Assembly (NCBI GenBank): GCA_045837725.1
Contig: JBEWZL010000156.1
Span: forward strand, 62,001-126,000
Source of the DNA: Vermamoeba vermiformis
Taxonomy: Eukaryota
Direction: 5' to 3'
DNA length: 64,000 bases
The number at the start of each line of letters is the position of its first letter. The first letter of the stretch is position 1. A program made the position numbers and the translations under genes. Of the stretch, positions 1 through 13,900 are shown piece after piece. The notes beneath the pieces were generated by a model that was not told the origin of the DNA, ran no database searches, and was given only the letters and a program-made list of their open reading frames with translations.

Positions 1-1099
1 GGCCTATCAAACGAAAGAGTTTAGCAATCGATTACCAAATTAAGAAGTCCAATAAATTGTCCGAAGAATTTCCTCGCAAAATAAAGTAGTTCATTTGTAC
101 TGGCAGAAAACTTGGTACTATCGAATGATAATTATAATTACCTATCTTATTTTGTCTAACACTAAGCTGAACTAAACCAGTGTTATTTTCCAACCCTTCT
201 GCAAGCAACTTCGCGCCTTCATCGCCTAACTCAACTTGATTCAAACTAAGCCTTTGAAGAACATCGTTCATCGTTAATCCAAGGGCTATGCCTCGTGCGC
301 CCTATAAATAGAGTGAGTATAATTCGTTATTAATGAGTTCAACGGATCTTCTTAAAATTTAAATTTCCGATCGAGTACTTACGTTGGCTCCGAGTGTTGA
401 ATTTTGAGAGATATCGAGCTCTATTAATGTCCTATTCACAGCTAACATATCGCCTAAGTGTTCAGAGCCTTGCGGACCAATCTTGTTGTTATACAGATCC
501 AGTCGCATAATGTTCTTATTTGATTTTAACGCCTCGCTTATTAATCGAATGCCGTCATCACCTAAAAATAGGATCATTGTTAAATATTACTATTATAATT
601 CGAATTAATGGTTTGTAATCGTACCAATCGAATTATTTGACAGATCGATTTGCACTAACGACGAATTCATTTTAATAAGAGCAGCCATATATTTAGCACC
701 TTCATTGTCCATATTGACGCCTGATAATTTCAAGCTGGTCACGTGCTTATTATCTTTCAAGCACATTGTGATTTCGCGGGCAAACTGTCCATCCACGTTC
801 AAAAAATTGACTTCGTACGAAGTAATCGTTGGATCATTATTGGCAATTTTATCTAAAATCTAGAAGAGTATATATTAATAATTGCAGGGTTATCTAGGGT
901 GGCATTTCGTCTCCGGTAAATTAATGCACAGCGTATACGAATAAAATTAATTAATTATGCATAATAAATTGTAATCATATATTATTGGAAGCCAAATATG
1001 TATTAGTTGATCTAATACGTATTTTTTGGCGTTGAGCAAACGGATCGGGTAAATTGATTTTCAATTGGATCTTGATATTTAACTTACACTATCATCCAT
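1..1099 (-). CDS. RNI-like leucine-rich repeat protein (NLRC3/tropomodulin-like repeats), multi-exon, 3' end outside window
   Basis: Exon 1 ATG GAT GAT AGT|gtaagt at 1099. Later exons encode ILDKIANNDPTITS, LKLSGVNMDNEGAKYMA, LDLYNNKIGPQGSEHLGDML and LSLNQVELGDEGAKLLAEGL, which are ~28-aa RNI-type LRRs. Confidence 0.85.
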
Positions 1100-1399
1100 T
1101 ATGGCCAATAAATATTAGTTCGATAAATATAAATAAATACAGATCTGCTATGTTAATAATAACGACCCCTTTTGTGTTCGATTATCAACTTTCAGGTAGA
1201 AATTTTAATTTCTAAATTCACGCGTGAGACAGACAACAAGCACAGTAATCAAGACACGTGTGTATTTATTTATTTTGAAGTGCTTGATTGTGGCCACTAA
1301 AATTCATCGGACAAAGCAAACGCTAACCTCAGCAGATCGAACTGAAAAACCAGATCGAGAGAATCTCCGCCAATAACCATATTTTAGCAATTATAAATT

Positions 1400-3281
1400 A
1401 TGCAAGTGCACCCAGAAGACGTTGGAGTATTTTTCAACTCAAAAGTACCATCCTACACGCAGATATTTCATAATGAATACGATGGATTCTTAGCTAATCA
1501 AGGATTCTCTTCAAAAAATCTCCATATTGATATTTTATACGGTAAGATTAATACTTAATTTATTTTACTCCCTGTGAATTACTGAAATTATATTCAATTT
1601 TTGTTGATTTTGCCGATTTAGCCTATTTCAAAATAATATTATACGATCAAACAATATTAGTATACGATCCTATATTAATTACTATTCTGGTTTTAATTTC
1701 AGGATTTCGAGATCTGTATCACACCACAAGAAGTTATCGGCACAAAATTCTGTCAATATTTGGCCGCGGAGGTATCGCTAATGTAAGTACATATTATGAA
1801 CTAAATATCAATAGTGTGGTTAATAACTTGTTTAACAGCGGAGGTGGGTCAAAAAAGAACGGATCGAAAATTTCAAACCGATAGCTGGCAATGTAGTGTG
1901 GGATGTGGAGAGCCATACGATAAGATATTGTCCTAATAAGGTAATTATCATATTTAAAACTATGTTGACGAAATCACAGAAATTTCCTCGCACATCCAGT
2001 ATTCATTAAACTAACAACCACCCTAACACTTATAATAATACCATTAGATTTAATTAATTATAATTTTCTAGGAATTTATGATGCTATTTATTCGCACGCA
2101 GTCTCATGTGCTTATCAAAGCCTCGACAACGCTCAACACAAAAACGGCACTTACAACAATGCTCGAGTACCCACTCCCAGTGCAAAGTCTGCGCAAACCT
2201 TCATTATCCAGCATGCTGCTATCGAGATTAGGAAAGAATTATCATTGGCAGGTACGTACCAATTCATACGTCAATGACACGTGTCACAACCAGATCTGGT
2301 ACAAAAATTTCACGAAACTATCTTAAGCTCTCTAATTCTATCTTAGGAGCTTGGTACTAATAATATTATACCTCTAGATGCAAAATTTACATATTGAAGC
2401 GCCAGAAAGTTCGCAGGTGTCAAGCGGCATTAACATTGTGTTCCAAAAACGTTTCTTGTTTTCATTGCCAAAATTTATTAGAGCACGAGGAGATTTAATC
2501 GGAGGTAGGTATCTAACATATATTACCTATTATAGTAATCGTACTAAAAGTTTCTGCTAGTTGACACGGAGTATGGATCCGAAGCGATGGTCACGCGGTT
2601 AACTTTGCCAGAAGGCGAGCCAACATACGGCATGCAATGGAATCTCGGCGCGAGATTTCACGGAATTAGACAATTACCAAATACGGCAATGGTGGCGCAG
2701 AGCAACATAATTTGGTCGAACGAAAGTCTGTCGCCTTATTTAATTCGATTGAAATCAACGTTCTGCCGAAAATTATCCGATGATTTAATGGCCGGTAAGC
2801 CATAATATTCTTGGAATTAATAGAAAGGCATCATTGTTCGTTAGGAGTTCATATTGAAACGCAATGGGGAGGAGATCCAAATTTACAAAAGAATTGGGGC
2901 GCTTTAGCGCTAAAATATACTAATCCTAAGATATTGGATATTAGTAAGTACGACGATATATAGTTTAGCTTTTAAAGACCTTTTGGAATCCACGATCAGG
3001 ATCGAAAAATGGCGGAAATTACGCAGCGAACTGGAAGGGTTCTAATGTTTTTAAATAGGCTTACTATGGACAGGCGAGCAAAAAAATAGCAGTCAACCAA
3101 TAAGGATGCATTCAGATATCGCTTTTTCGAAGACTTTTCATAATGTAAAGATTGAAACTGCGATTAACGCTTCAGATCTCATTAGAGGAGGTAAGCGAGA
3201 TAAGGTTACGTATTATAGTGTTTTACTAACTCGTTTATAGCGTTAGGATTAATGCGTTTTGGTATTACGATAGACCCGTAA
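1400..3281 (+). CDS. Hypothetical protein of ~400 aa, probable mitochondrial outer-membrane beta-barrel (Tom40/Mdm10/VDAC superfamily)
   Basis: Nine exons splice in frame from MQVHPEDV to RFGITIDP*. Alternating polar/hydrophobic strands (e.g. STFCRKLSDDLMAGVHIETQW) and a C-terminal beta-signal-like MRFGITID. The family call is inference. Confidence 0.5.
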
Positions 3282-3504
3282 TAAACACGATCCGAATTTT
3301 TTTATTTGCTGGATCTGCTGATAGGACCAATACGGTTCGTGCACTAGCTAATATCTGTCCTTAATTATGGAACGTGACTTGCAGATTTCGCCATGGCGTA
3401 CGAATCCTGAAGATCTAAAAATAGAACAGTTCCATTTTTGATAAACTTATGTGAACGTAAGTTTGTTTAAGTAATTTACGTTATAATTAGGACAGCAATC
3501 CACA

Positions 3505-6308
3505 ATGAATAGTTATAAAATACTATCGTTCTTTTGTATGCTTGTCCTTGCAGTGATCTTGCACGTTGCCGTTGCAGAAATTTTGGAAGATTCTGGTTAT
3601 CCAATGGCCGGTGCAAACCCTCAAAGAAATTATCAGTCTAATAGAAAGGTACGATAGTATAAATTTTTTTGGAGTTTAAAGGATGCTGCTTTAAATTTAG
3701 CAACAATATTTAAAAATTCGTTTTTAAACTTGTCCTTATTGCGACAGTACTTCGTACGCATAGTATCACAATGTATTAATGACACTGCATATTTATAATA
3801 TGCTGATTTTTTGTAGATTCTTTGTTCGGATGTTGCATCCGGAAGATCTCAAGTTTTAAACGTGGTGTGGACTTTTCCTCCAGATAATGCAGGCCTCTAT
3901 GTTAACACCAACAGCGAAGTAACAACAGACTCAAATGTAAGGCAACGACAGTAGATTTGCGCAAAATAATTTTTACTAAGTCTTAGTAATAATATTTTTT
4001 ATTAGGGTAATGTGTATGTTGTGGCCTTGGGTTTCGTTGATTCGACAAATTACATATTCAAGTTAAATGGAGTTGATGGGACCGTATTAAATAAGTAAGT
4101 ATACTTATAAAAATGATCTTTTTTAAAGTTTAATTTTAATGTACCGGATGTAGCGTTTCGACCATAGAGGACTTGTCAATCGCGTACATAACGATTGTCC
4201 AGGGCAACAAGTTTTATTACGCAACAGCGCAAAGTGCCTACACTGTTGATACGACGACAATGAGTTTTATCGGAGATCCGATCCCGATGCCTAATTATCC
4301 TTACCCTCAGTTCTCCTTCGCTCCTTATTTGGGCACTCATATGGTCACCAGTAATGAAGGCGTGTCTTCTACAACGATTTCAGACAATATTATGACTTAC
4401 ATCAAAGTCTCGGATCGAACAGTGGATTCGACAAAATTCAATTTTGTGGGTGGTGATCCGTCGCGTGTATTGATTTACAAAAATACTACGAATGAAATGC
4501 CGATTATTGTTAGTTACACTGGAAGTTATCCAGATTACATTACAATCGTCAAGTCCCCTCAATACGAGCACTCTTTTACCGGCGAATTAGCGGCTCTCGC
4601 TTGGATAGAAGGCGACTACTTGCAAATGTTTACAAAGGGAGCAGTGAACGCGAATTCACTTAAATTTTACGTCTTTCATGCGGTAAGTATTATAACCAAA
4701 AATGACCCGGCAAAGTTTTTTCGACGAATGAGTAGTGACTAACCGAAATTTCATTTAATAGGAAACTGGGGAGTCTCTCATAACAAAGGCTATCGATAAA
4801 TTCGGCGGCAGTTCGTTCAATCTTCAAGCTGGCATTTACGCGTTCAACAACAGATCCATCGCTCAAATCTACAATACTGGTGCTCTCAAGGTAAAGAAAT
4901 TTAAATTCAATGCGCTGATGGCACTAAAAGAGCGATTAACATAAATTGCCTTATTTAGACACAAGTCGTGGATTTGTTGAACAATCGAACATTACTTCCT
5001 GACTCAACTTACAATACTCTTCCTTCAGCCCCGATTTTTTCCAAACGTGAGTAATTAGACAAAAAATATCATCTTGTTGACTTTTTGTTGACCAGCTGAT
5101 AACACATTGTTGATGCACTCGGCGTTGGGGTTTGAACGCATTGATGTGATTGGATTAGATTGGGACACTTTAGAGATTAATACTAAAGGGTCTTTTCCGA
5201 GGGATAATGTCTTTTCTGATATTATTATAGTAAGTAATATTAAATGGTTGGTAGATCCACAAATTTTAAATTTTTAAATTCTTTTAGAGTCCACCTGTTA
5301 TCGGAGAGGATTGCCACGTGTACTCGACTTTAAACAACAAATTATTTGCCTTCGCACCGCTGCCTATTCAAAACATCGTTCCTATTCTCGAGTGCGTCAA
5401 TCAAAATGGCTTGGCGTACTTCTCGTACGACAATCTTGGTGACATTGACGCGGTCATTCCTCAATTCTCGGATCGAAATAACTTGTCGCCGCTGGTAAGG
5501 CTTGTCGGTCACTCATTCATGAACCTTTTTCCTCATCTTTTCCTTTTTTAGAATGTCGCTCCTGGCACCGACTTTGGAGCTAATCGACGAGGCAAATATT
5601 TTCCGTTGTCATTTAGAACCAACGTTGGTAACTCTGGCACGTTTACTTGGCAGTTAGAGGATTATGTTTTGAAATTCAACGTTAGTTCGAACCTTCTTTG
5701 CCCTCAGAGTACGTTCAAATTTAACTCGTCTCTATTAATCCTAACTCTATTCAGACGTCCGGTTTAAGATTGTCTTAACGGCTAATGGCAATTTCCCAAT
5801 CAGTTTCCGCGAATCAGTGCGTTTACTGTTCGCTTCAGTTGCAGGAATTAACGAGACTCGTGTGACATTTTTGACTGGCAAGCGATCCACGGAACAATCT
5901 CCGACAGAGCTTGAATTAGACTTGCAAGTTGCTCCTGATGAGACCCAGACCGAGTTATCGCCCGAAGAGGCTGTTCAAAAGTTTGCCGAGCAACAATTAA
6001 ATTCTTTTACTAATCAGCTTCCAACCCTTCCGGATGCACCCGCGGATGTGCTTACAAAAGGCAAGTCCTAGCGAGAACCAGTTCGATTTAACTAATTCTT
6101 TTTTCCTTAAGATGTCGATGGCATGCCACTTTCCACGGAGATCAGAGGAGTAATTCCGCCTCAGCCTCCTGGCACGACGCCGTTTGTTGAGCCAAATGCC
6201 CCATTGACGCCTCAAACGACTAACTCCCCAATTACAAAAACTTCATCATCGTATGTAATTAGCTTGTCTATTATCGCTTTATTGGCACCGATCGTTGCTT
6301 TGATTTAA
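3505..6308 (+). CDS. Surface-protein family copy 1 (signal peptide, beta-rich/propeller-like region, PIQN-PILEC module, stalk, GPI-type tail)
   Basis: MNSYKILSFFCMLVLAVILHVAVAEILEDSGYPMAGANPQRN, then PLPIQNIVPILECV, then TGKRSTEQ, ending SSSYVISLSIIALLAPIVALI*. GT-AG introns at positions shared with the paralogs. Confidence 0.85.
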
Positions 6309-6342
6309 AATAAACAAATCATTCAAATCCGAAGCAGAAAAA

Positions 6343-8229
6343 ATGGAGAACACTTGCGACCGTTATGAATACCTAGAAGCACTCCCTAATGAATTACTAT
6401 CTCTTATTATTTCTTTCATCGATGTTGCTCAGACCGTACTAAACTTTGCGTCTACGTCAAAGAAGCAAGTATTATTCGAAAAATATTTGTCTAAATTAAC
6501 CATCAAACTTATTCCAGATTTAAACCAATTAATATGTTACATCAATACTTATTCTACATATTAAAAATATTATTAGGTTTAATTCGCAACTTCACAGCAA
6601 AAAGTTTTGGCAGCAGCACGGAGGTGACAGGTTCAAAAAATACGCTGCTCATCTGGGTGATCGACTGCCCTCATATATCATTCCTATTATCATACATTCT
6701 AAGAACATCAAGGAAGTGCAATGCGAATGTACGATCAAACTGGACAAAATCTTCCCGGATCTGATCCCCAAACTGCATACGTCCAACGACATGACAGAAA
6801 TCGAAAATGGTCTAAATTTAATTGATGAAGGCTTTTGTTGCTTATTTTGTGATTCTTCTCCCTTGTACAAAATCGTGTTTAGTGGATTGGTTCCCAGGTA
6901 CATCCAGTTCATGTCTAATCAATTCAAGCATCCAATTCCAGTAAGTACTCATATTACATATTAGAATATCTTAACAATTTCAGCTACTGGCAGTGTTAAT
7001 GCTCAACAGATTGTCCGAGGCGAATTTTCTCTATGCAACCGCTGTCGTTCGAGAAAACGGAATTGACGCGCTAAGCAATGCGATTCTATCTAAATATGGA
7101 AATCATGCAGTCGATTCTCTTATACGGATTATTAAGAATTGTCCGGCTGTAAGTTCCTTCCGCCAAAATTCTATTCAACCAAAACCAACATTTGACAGGT
7201 CGCCGATACCATTTTTAGAGCAATCATCGAGCCCATACAAGGTGTTCTAAGTTCACCTAATCCTTCACTGGACGTCAATGCAACCAACCTTTTGACGGCG
7301 TGTGTCAAACGATCCAGAGAGGCAGATCCGCAAAAGTTCGCGGGCATTATTCCCCGAATAATCGAGCTGATGCTACCAATGGACGGTTCGTTGGTGGACA
7401 TTGGACTTCCTTTCGAGCTTTTCGCTCACGTGATAGCCATCTCGCATAATCATCCATCCATTGTTCAATTGACCCTAAACGACGCTGTAATTCGGCAAGG
7501 AATCACGCAAGTATTTCTTTTTACCGTATATTCTTCGTTTAATTGTAGTTCATGATATTACACGTTATTGACGGTTTTATTCAAAGAAACCCAAAACCTT
7601 TTTTTTCCGGGCATTTTCCCGGTTCCTTGAAAAAAACTTCAATTTTGACTAACGTTTAATCATTCTAGTTTGTTGCCGTACCAAGACGAAGTGTTTTTGT
7701 TTTTCAAGGAAATTCTGAAGTACGATCCTTTGATGGCAGATAGGCTTCATATTGAAGAGATTTTGGACTCAATGCGTCTGTTGGAGCAGCTGCGGAGACA
7801 TCATATGATTGAATTTTTGACTCAACTCCTAGAGAACAACGCAACATTGAAGAAAAGAATCAAACAAATATCAAAACGTGGTTTGGTTGCCAAAATGTGT
7901 CAGCAGAGACAAGCGCAATCGGGCTTTATCAGTTTTTGTTCAAGTTTTTCTTGAAGGCAAAAGATGCGCAGATCCAGCAGAATTTTGGAGCGAATTTTGA
8001 GCTCAATTTAGTATGCTTTAGTACGATGAACATTGTTCTAAAATTAGCCGAAGAATCTCCCGCACTCGCGAAAGGGAAGAAGAAAAAAAAGTTTAATACA
8101 AAGATGTTTAAAATGATTGCACAGTGGCGCAGAATTGCATTAAATACAGGTCAGCAAGAAATGATTCAACATTTAGATGCGTTGATACAAAGACACTTTT
8201 CCGAGGTACAAAAACGCTCCGATGATTAA
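6343..8229 (+). CDS. F-box protein with helical (ARM-like) repeats, multi-exon
   Basis: N-terminal F-box LEALPNELLSLIISFIDVAQTVLNFASTSKK. Helical segments such as IVFSGLVPRYIQFMS and VVRENGIDALSNAI resemble ARM repeats. Confidence 0.65.
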
Positions 8230-8275
8230 TTGTACCGTTCGATGTCCAGCTTCTCAAATAAAATTTTATCGTTAG

Positions 8276-8606
8276 ATCGATGATTTACAAGGAATGGAAA
8301 ACTAAGCTTGCTTTGAATTTGCAGAAAAGATAGAAACAAAATTTTTAGCACGTAAGTAATAAAACGGTATGCTTTAGGTACGAGTGCTATACTTGCGGTC
8401 TATGCACGAGTTCAGTGTGTGCGAAGCGTGCGTTAAGATCTGCCACGAAGGGCACTTTATTTCATCGAAGCCTAATCGAAGTCTGTTATATTGGTAAGCC
8501 TTACGATACTTTATTTACAGGTACATGGTATTTACGAGTAAATATCTAATATTGTTCTATTGATTGCGGGGCTGGTAGCAAATGCAAGGCAATGAAGAAA
8601 AAATAA
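8276..8606 (+). pseudogene. Decayed UBR-box-type zinc-finger exons directly after the F-box gene
   Basis: Spliced fragments read YECYTCGL, then a 1-nt frameshift, then VCEACVKICHEGH and DCGAGSKCKAM*. There is also an in-frame TAA near 8302. Confidence 0.55.
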
Positions 8607-9779
8607 TTATTTGCGTTTGTAAATAAAGTCCTTTGCGGCCCAAGTCTTTGTGTCAGTCAAGTTCGGATAAATTTTCTTGCAGTCAGCAATATCGGCGGTA
8701 AACCCGACGTCTTGCAAGAACTTGAACATGACTTTGGTGTCGGAATCGGAGATCCCTTCCAATGGCGTTTCTTCGAACTTGTCAGCGCCGAGGATCTTGG
8801 TGACTTCTGCTATCGTAGGATTGTCGCCGGCAATTTCGAGTGCCTTATTAGGCAAAATGTCTTTTTCAAAAGCTAGTGCGCCAAAAGCACCAATGTCGTC
8901 AACAGCGATGACTCGGAGACGATCTGTCGATCGCAAAGGTTGGCTGAAAATTCCGTCTTTGAGCTTGTCTGCGAAAAAGAAGTTGAAATTTTCCATGAAG
9001 AAAACAGGTCGAAGGATCGAGTAGTGCAAGCCGGATTCGCGCAGGTATTCTTCAGTAACCCACTTGCTGTCGAAAAGCGGCACGCCAGTCTTCTTATCAG
9101 CAGCTCCGACAGATGTGTAGACCAAGTGCTTCACTCTGGCGCGCTTGGCGGCGTCGATCGCATTTTTGCCTTGCTGGATCTCGCGCTCAGCACCGATACC
9201 CCAGTAGTTGACCACTAAATAGACACCATATGCACCTTTGAAGGCTGAATCCAGAGTGGCAACGTCTTCTAAGTCTCCCTTGACGAGCTTTACTCCTGTG
9301 AAAAAAAATGTGTAAATTTATGCATAAATTTCAGTTCAAACCCGAAAAGTCACGTGCAAAGAATAGAATTGACAGCTTCTTAATTTTAATCAAAAAATGA
9401 AATACGTACCTTTGCTTGCCCATGGTTTGGCTTTTTCTGACGACGGATCTCGAACGAGGGCGTGTACTAAACAATGTCAAGCAATTAGAACTTTGGCATG
9501 AATGAATGTTTTATATTCTTTGTACGTTATGCGACAACTTCTGTTTAATTCAATTATGTGGATCTTGCAAGGATTGATTTCGGGTTATCGGAGGTAATTC
9601 CAGAATTATTAATAAAATACGGAAAAGCTTACCTTCAAATTTGCCTCCTGATAACAAGTGACGAGCGGTAGCGCCACCTTGTTGACCAGTAATGCCAATG
9701 ACTACGACGATCTGTAGAAAATGAATTAGCAATCGGATCAAAGCGCTTAGATCTCGGAAAAACTTACAGGCTTGCTCAT
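8607..9779 (-). CDS. NmrA/HSCARG-family NAD(P)-binding protein
   Basis: MSKP|IVVVIGITGQQGGATARHLL, VHALVRDPSS, EIQQGKNAIDAAKRARVKHLVYTSV, FDSKWVTEEYL and LRPVFFMENF. Confidence 0.9.
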
Positions 9780-10335
9780 TTTAAATACTGATGTTGATTA
9801 GGTTAGTTGTTGTTGGTTCTTGATTGATTTTGAATTGAATACTACTCTCACATCCGGTTCGAATTTAAAGTGTTTGAGGCCACGTGATTTTGTTCCCGGA
9901 ACCTTCTCCGAGATTCGAATTTTTCGGCGTTCGGAATTCTAGAGGGCGCGGCTAGGGAGACTAACCGAAAAACTGAATATAGAATGAAGTGGATAATTTG
10001 TATTCATCACTTCTAGATCTTTCTATCGGCAAGATCGAACTACATCCAGTTCGAACTTCCTCACTAGTCACCGTTAAAAACAATTACATAATTTTGACGT
10101 CATAGTAACTTATGAGTAAAAAGAGGTTGTTCTTACACTCTGTTGCGCTGTAACATCAATTCTTGCTTCCGTTCTTCTAGAAGATGTTTGCCGCGGCTAC
10201 GCGCGAAAATAATTTACTCTACTGCTGTATATAAGAGGCCCTTTGACGTCATTTTTCTTCCTTCAACGAAAGTGCCAGGTTACTAGAGAGTAACGCTTAA
10301 ATGTGCTTTTATTGGTTCTTTTGCAATTTATTTTT

Positions 10336-10850
10336 TTACAAAGTTAACGCCGCTTTTCCGATGAGAGTGCCACTCTGCACTTCCATATGTGCTTGTTTGA
10401 TGTCAGTCCACAATTGGTACGTCTTCATCAATCTGCTCTGGAACACGCCCGAGTCCAGCAGATCCGCCAACTTTTTCCTATACGGCAATCAGATCAGTGT
10501 TATATCCAATGAATATAACTGTAATGTAACGTGACTTACGGGCTCGGCGTTAAACAAAGGGCGACAGAACATGAATTCGTAGACCATCGAGCCGCGCTTG
10601 CTCATCAACGGCGCGATGTTGTGCGGCTGTTTCGCCTCGGTGATCAAACATACTTTGGATTGATCACTTGCACTGCTGCGTCGAAGTAATGATCTAGTAG
10701 CAATAGTAAGAGTCAGTTACTTTTTTTTGACACGTGTCAAAGTGTAACTTCGTACCAGTATCGGCGTAGGAGTAGGGACTCTCAAAAGATCTCTCGGTAC
10801 GTGAAAGCGGACATTTTGTTGCAAGGATTGCTACCTTTAAACCAGCGGTC
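10336..10850 (-). pseudogene. 5'-truncated remnant of a zinc-binding ADH-like/quinone oxidoreductase (MDR family)
   Basis: Three spliced fragments include HYFDAAVQVINPK, then a frameshift, then LITEAKQPHNIAPLMSKRGSMVYEFMFCRPLF and LADLLDSGVFQSRL...AHMEVQSGTLIGKAALTL*. These are typical of an MDR C-terminus. No N-terminal part was found. Confidence 0.6.
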
Positions 10851-10929
10851 CTAAATTAGTAAATTTATAAATATTTTACAGCACGTCTACAACGATTTAA
10901 CTTTACAATGAATAATTTAATAATTCTTA

Positions 10930-13900
10930 TTATGTCCTTGAGTCCACTTTGACTGACGCGGTATCCATCACTGAGGAGGTGCGTACGGATCCGTCGGTGG
11001 TGGAAGGTCCGTTTTGCCGTTGAGAATGGGCGCTGCTCGACATGCTGCCACCATTGACGAATCGGCGTTTTTCTGCTTCATACATGGCCTTTAATTCATC
11101 TTCAGAGCGACGAGTGACCAACCTGGTGAGCGGATGTGAGTAAGATATGAAAGGCCTAAATATGGCTTACCAGATCTTAGGAACAAACAACAAGCTCAGC
11201 GCAATACTTGTCGTGAATATTATAGCCAAACAAAGCACCAAAAAATTGGCCACAACGTTGGCAACGACGACCATCGGAATTAAAATCACGACCGCGACAA
11301 ACGCAAAATTGTAAATCTGAATAATATAGTGGTCAACGCATTGATTACAGCAACGTATCGTATTGAACTTACCGAGATAGCAATGTAGCGCGCTTCATTG
11401 AAGAAACTGTACGGGACATTGCGCGTCATGATGGCAACGATGACACCAGACAGCACCGTCAAGCCCTGAAGGTGAAATTAATTAGAATTATACTCGAAAC
11501 ACTCGTGCTGATAGTCTACCTTGTAACCAATGATAACATATAGAATGGGTGGGAAGAAATAACATTGGGCGTAATTGTCAAACGTGTCGCCAGGGTTCTG
11601 AATCCACTGAATGCTGATCGGATACAGAGCTTGTAACAGCACCAATAGAACCTATTCATATTTATATGTTAGCGAGGTCTTATCCGGGAGGTGATTGTTA
11701 CGTACGACGTCGATTGACAAGAACACAGCCATTGCTTTGCCAAGGTCGTTGTTCGTCCAGACCTTGAGCAACAGATTTTTCTTGAAAATGCGATGAACAC
11801 GAATCGTCTTTACGAATAAGCTCCTGCAGTCCGCCACATAATTAGCAGGAGAAGCAGCGTAACGATAAAGCAAGTCTACATACACAAATAGCAACGAAAA
11901 TCCGATCGAGAGCAACCAGATGAAGAGCGAGCACGTCTGATTGACAACATTAGTAATGCATCATCAATGCTGAAAATGTATATTAAACGTACGACAGTGG
12001 AGTGGTCAAGCGAGTACATGATGACAGACACGTAAATGAAGATGATGCCCACGAGCATTACCAACATGAACAACACGGTGGCACTCTTCATCACAACTGA
12101 CTCGCGTCTGACAAGTGTTAGTTAATATATTAAGCAATGCGCGGTCATTGCGTTGACGTACTTGTACAGCACTATCCCGCCTACAGCAAGCGTAAGAGCC
12201 ACGAGCGCAGCAGCAATAACGAGCATTGGAAGTGTGAAGTTGTTGGTGATGTACAAGTAAGCAGGGCCTCACATAGCTGTCAGAATAATTGACAAGAAAG
12301 AGAGACGACTTACTTCTCTCGTTGCCCGTGCAAATGTACGCCGTGCTGCTCGCGCCAGGACAGCTCGCACTTCGCAAACACCAGCTGAAGTTCGACGCAC
12401 CGAAATTACTCACGCGCAGTGTTGAACCTGCCGCTTGTAATTCAGCCACGACTTCTGACATCAGTGTCATGCTGAGATGAATTTATTAACGTGTCTTGCC
12501 TAATAAGGGAAAAAAAACACTTACTCGTACGTATCGCTGTAATTTCCTGGAGGAATAATACCAGCCTTGCTCAATACATTAACGGTATTCGCCCACTTCG
12601 AGCTGTTCATCAGGCCAAAAGTCTCATCTGTGGTCCTGTCGATACATTATTAGTATTTCATGAAAAATAATAATCGATCCGGATCAAAATACCAGATCAG
12701 CTTGTTGACTTCATTCATCATCCACCGCTGATAATCATTGCCACTCCAAATCAAGTTGACACAATCTTCCATATAATCGCGGCAATGCATCCAACCTCGC
12801 GTCATTGCTCTAATGCCATAATTAGATCTGGATCGATTTTCAATTGTGTTCGTTATAAAATACCTTAAAAATCGCTTGGCAATATCTTGGTTTGCAGTGT
12901 TGTTGAGCCAAGCACGTGATACGAATAAACTGTCTTGTAACGTAGCAGTGCCTAAGTGATGAAGTTAGGTATATTTAAACAGTACGCAAGCTGCCCGATC
13001 CATCAATTACAAAAATGGAAATTCGGAACTTGAACAAAATTTCCGTTTTCGGCCGAATTAGTCTCGATACCGATAAATTTAATGATTTCACATCGTTGAA
13101 GAAGAAGATTATTTACCGGAAATGATATCAAAGGTAAGTTTCGACATAAATCGAACAGATAATACACGGATCAAAATACGTACCGAGATCTTCGAAGCTA
13201 AAAATAGTGAAATTATCGAGTTTGTACAATTGCGTAGCATTGGGCTCGATGTATCCTAATAACTGTGGAAGCTCGTTGTATGTCGTGGCCATGACCTGCA
13301 TTCAATCGTCAACGTAATAAACAACTTGAATAAATCATAAATTTAAAGTAAATTGGCTTGGGATCCGTTCTCTAGAGAACACAAGCCAGGTTTGGTTCTT
13401 AATTCGGAAATTTTAAAATTACAGTACTTACGCAATCTGATCTACCTTGGAGCAAGCCTAAAGGACTGAAATTTTGCGAGATGCGGTTGATGTCGGTGTC
13501 GATGTTTATTCCTTCTTTAATAAGGGCCGCTCGGAACTCTAAAAACGATGTCAAACAATGGTACTGCCCCTCAAATATCAAATGTTTTCAGAAGCACGTT
13601 TCTAAGCCAAAATGAATCTGAAATCCATCGCGATCCTTACCTTCATCCAAATTGTCCCACATAGCCACTGTTTTACCTTTTAAATCTCTAAGAGTTTTTA
13701 TATCTTCGTCTGCGCGCGCAACCGCGAGAGTCGCGCTACGTTGAAAAACCTATTTGAAGAAAAGTGTAAATTGCTTGATCTGACAATCGCAGATTCACAA
13801 TTTCGTATATGTATCTGTCTAGGACTGTCTATCTATATCATTCGTATTGTACGTACCTGAGAAATGATGACAATGTCTGATCCCGCCAGTTTCGATTTCA

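Noticed and set aside
12269-12271. Selenocysteine codon in the GPCR
   Set aside because: No SECIS-like element was recognisable by eye downstream. A nonsense mutation or alternative acceptor is simpler, so it is kept only as something to test.
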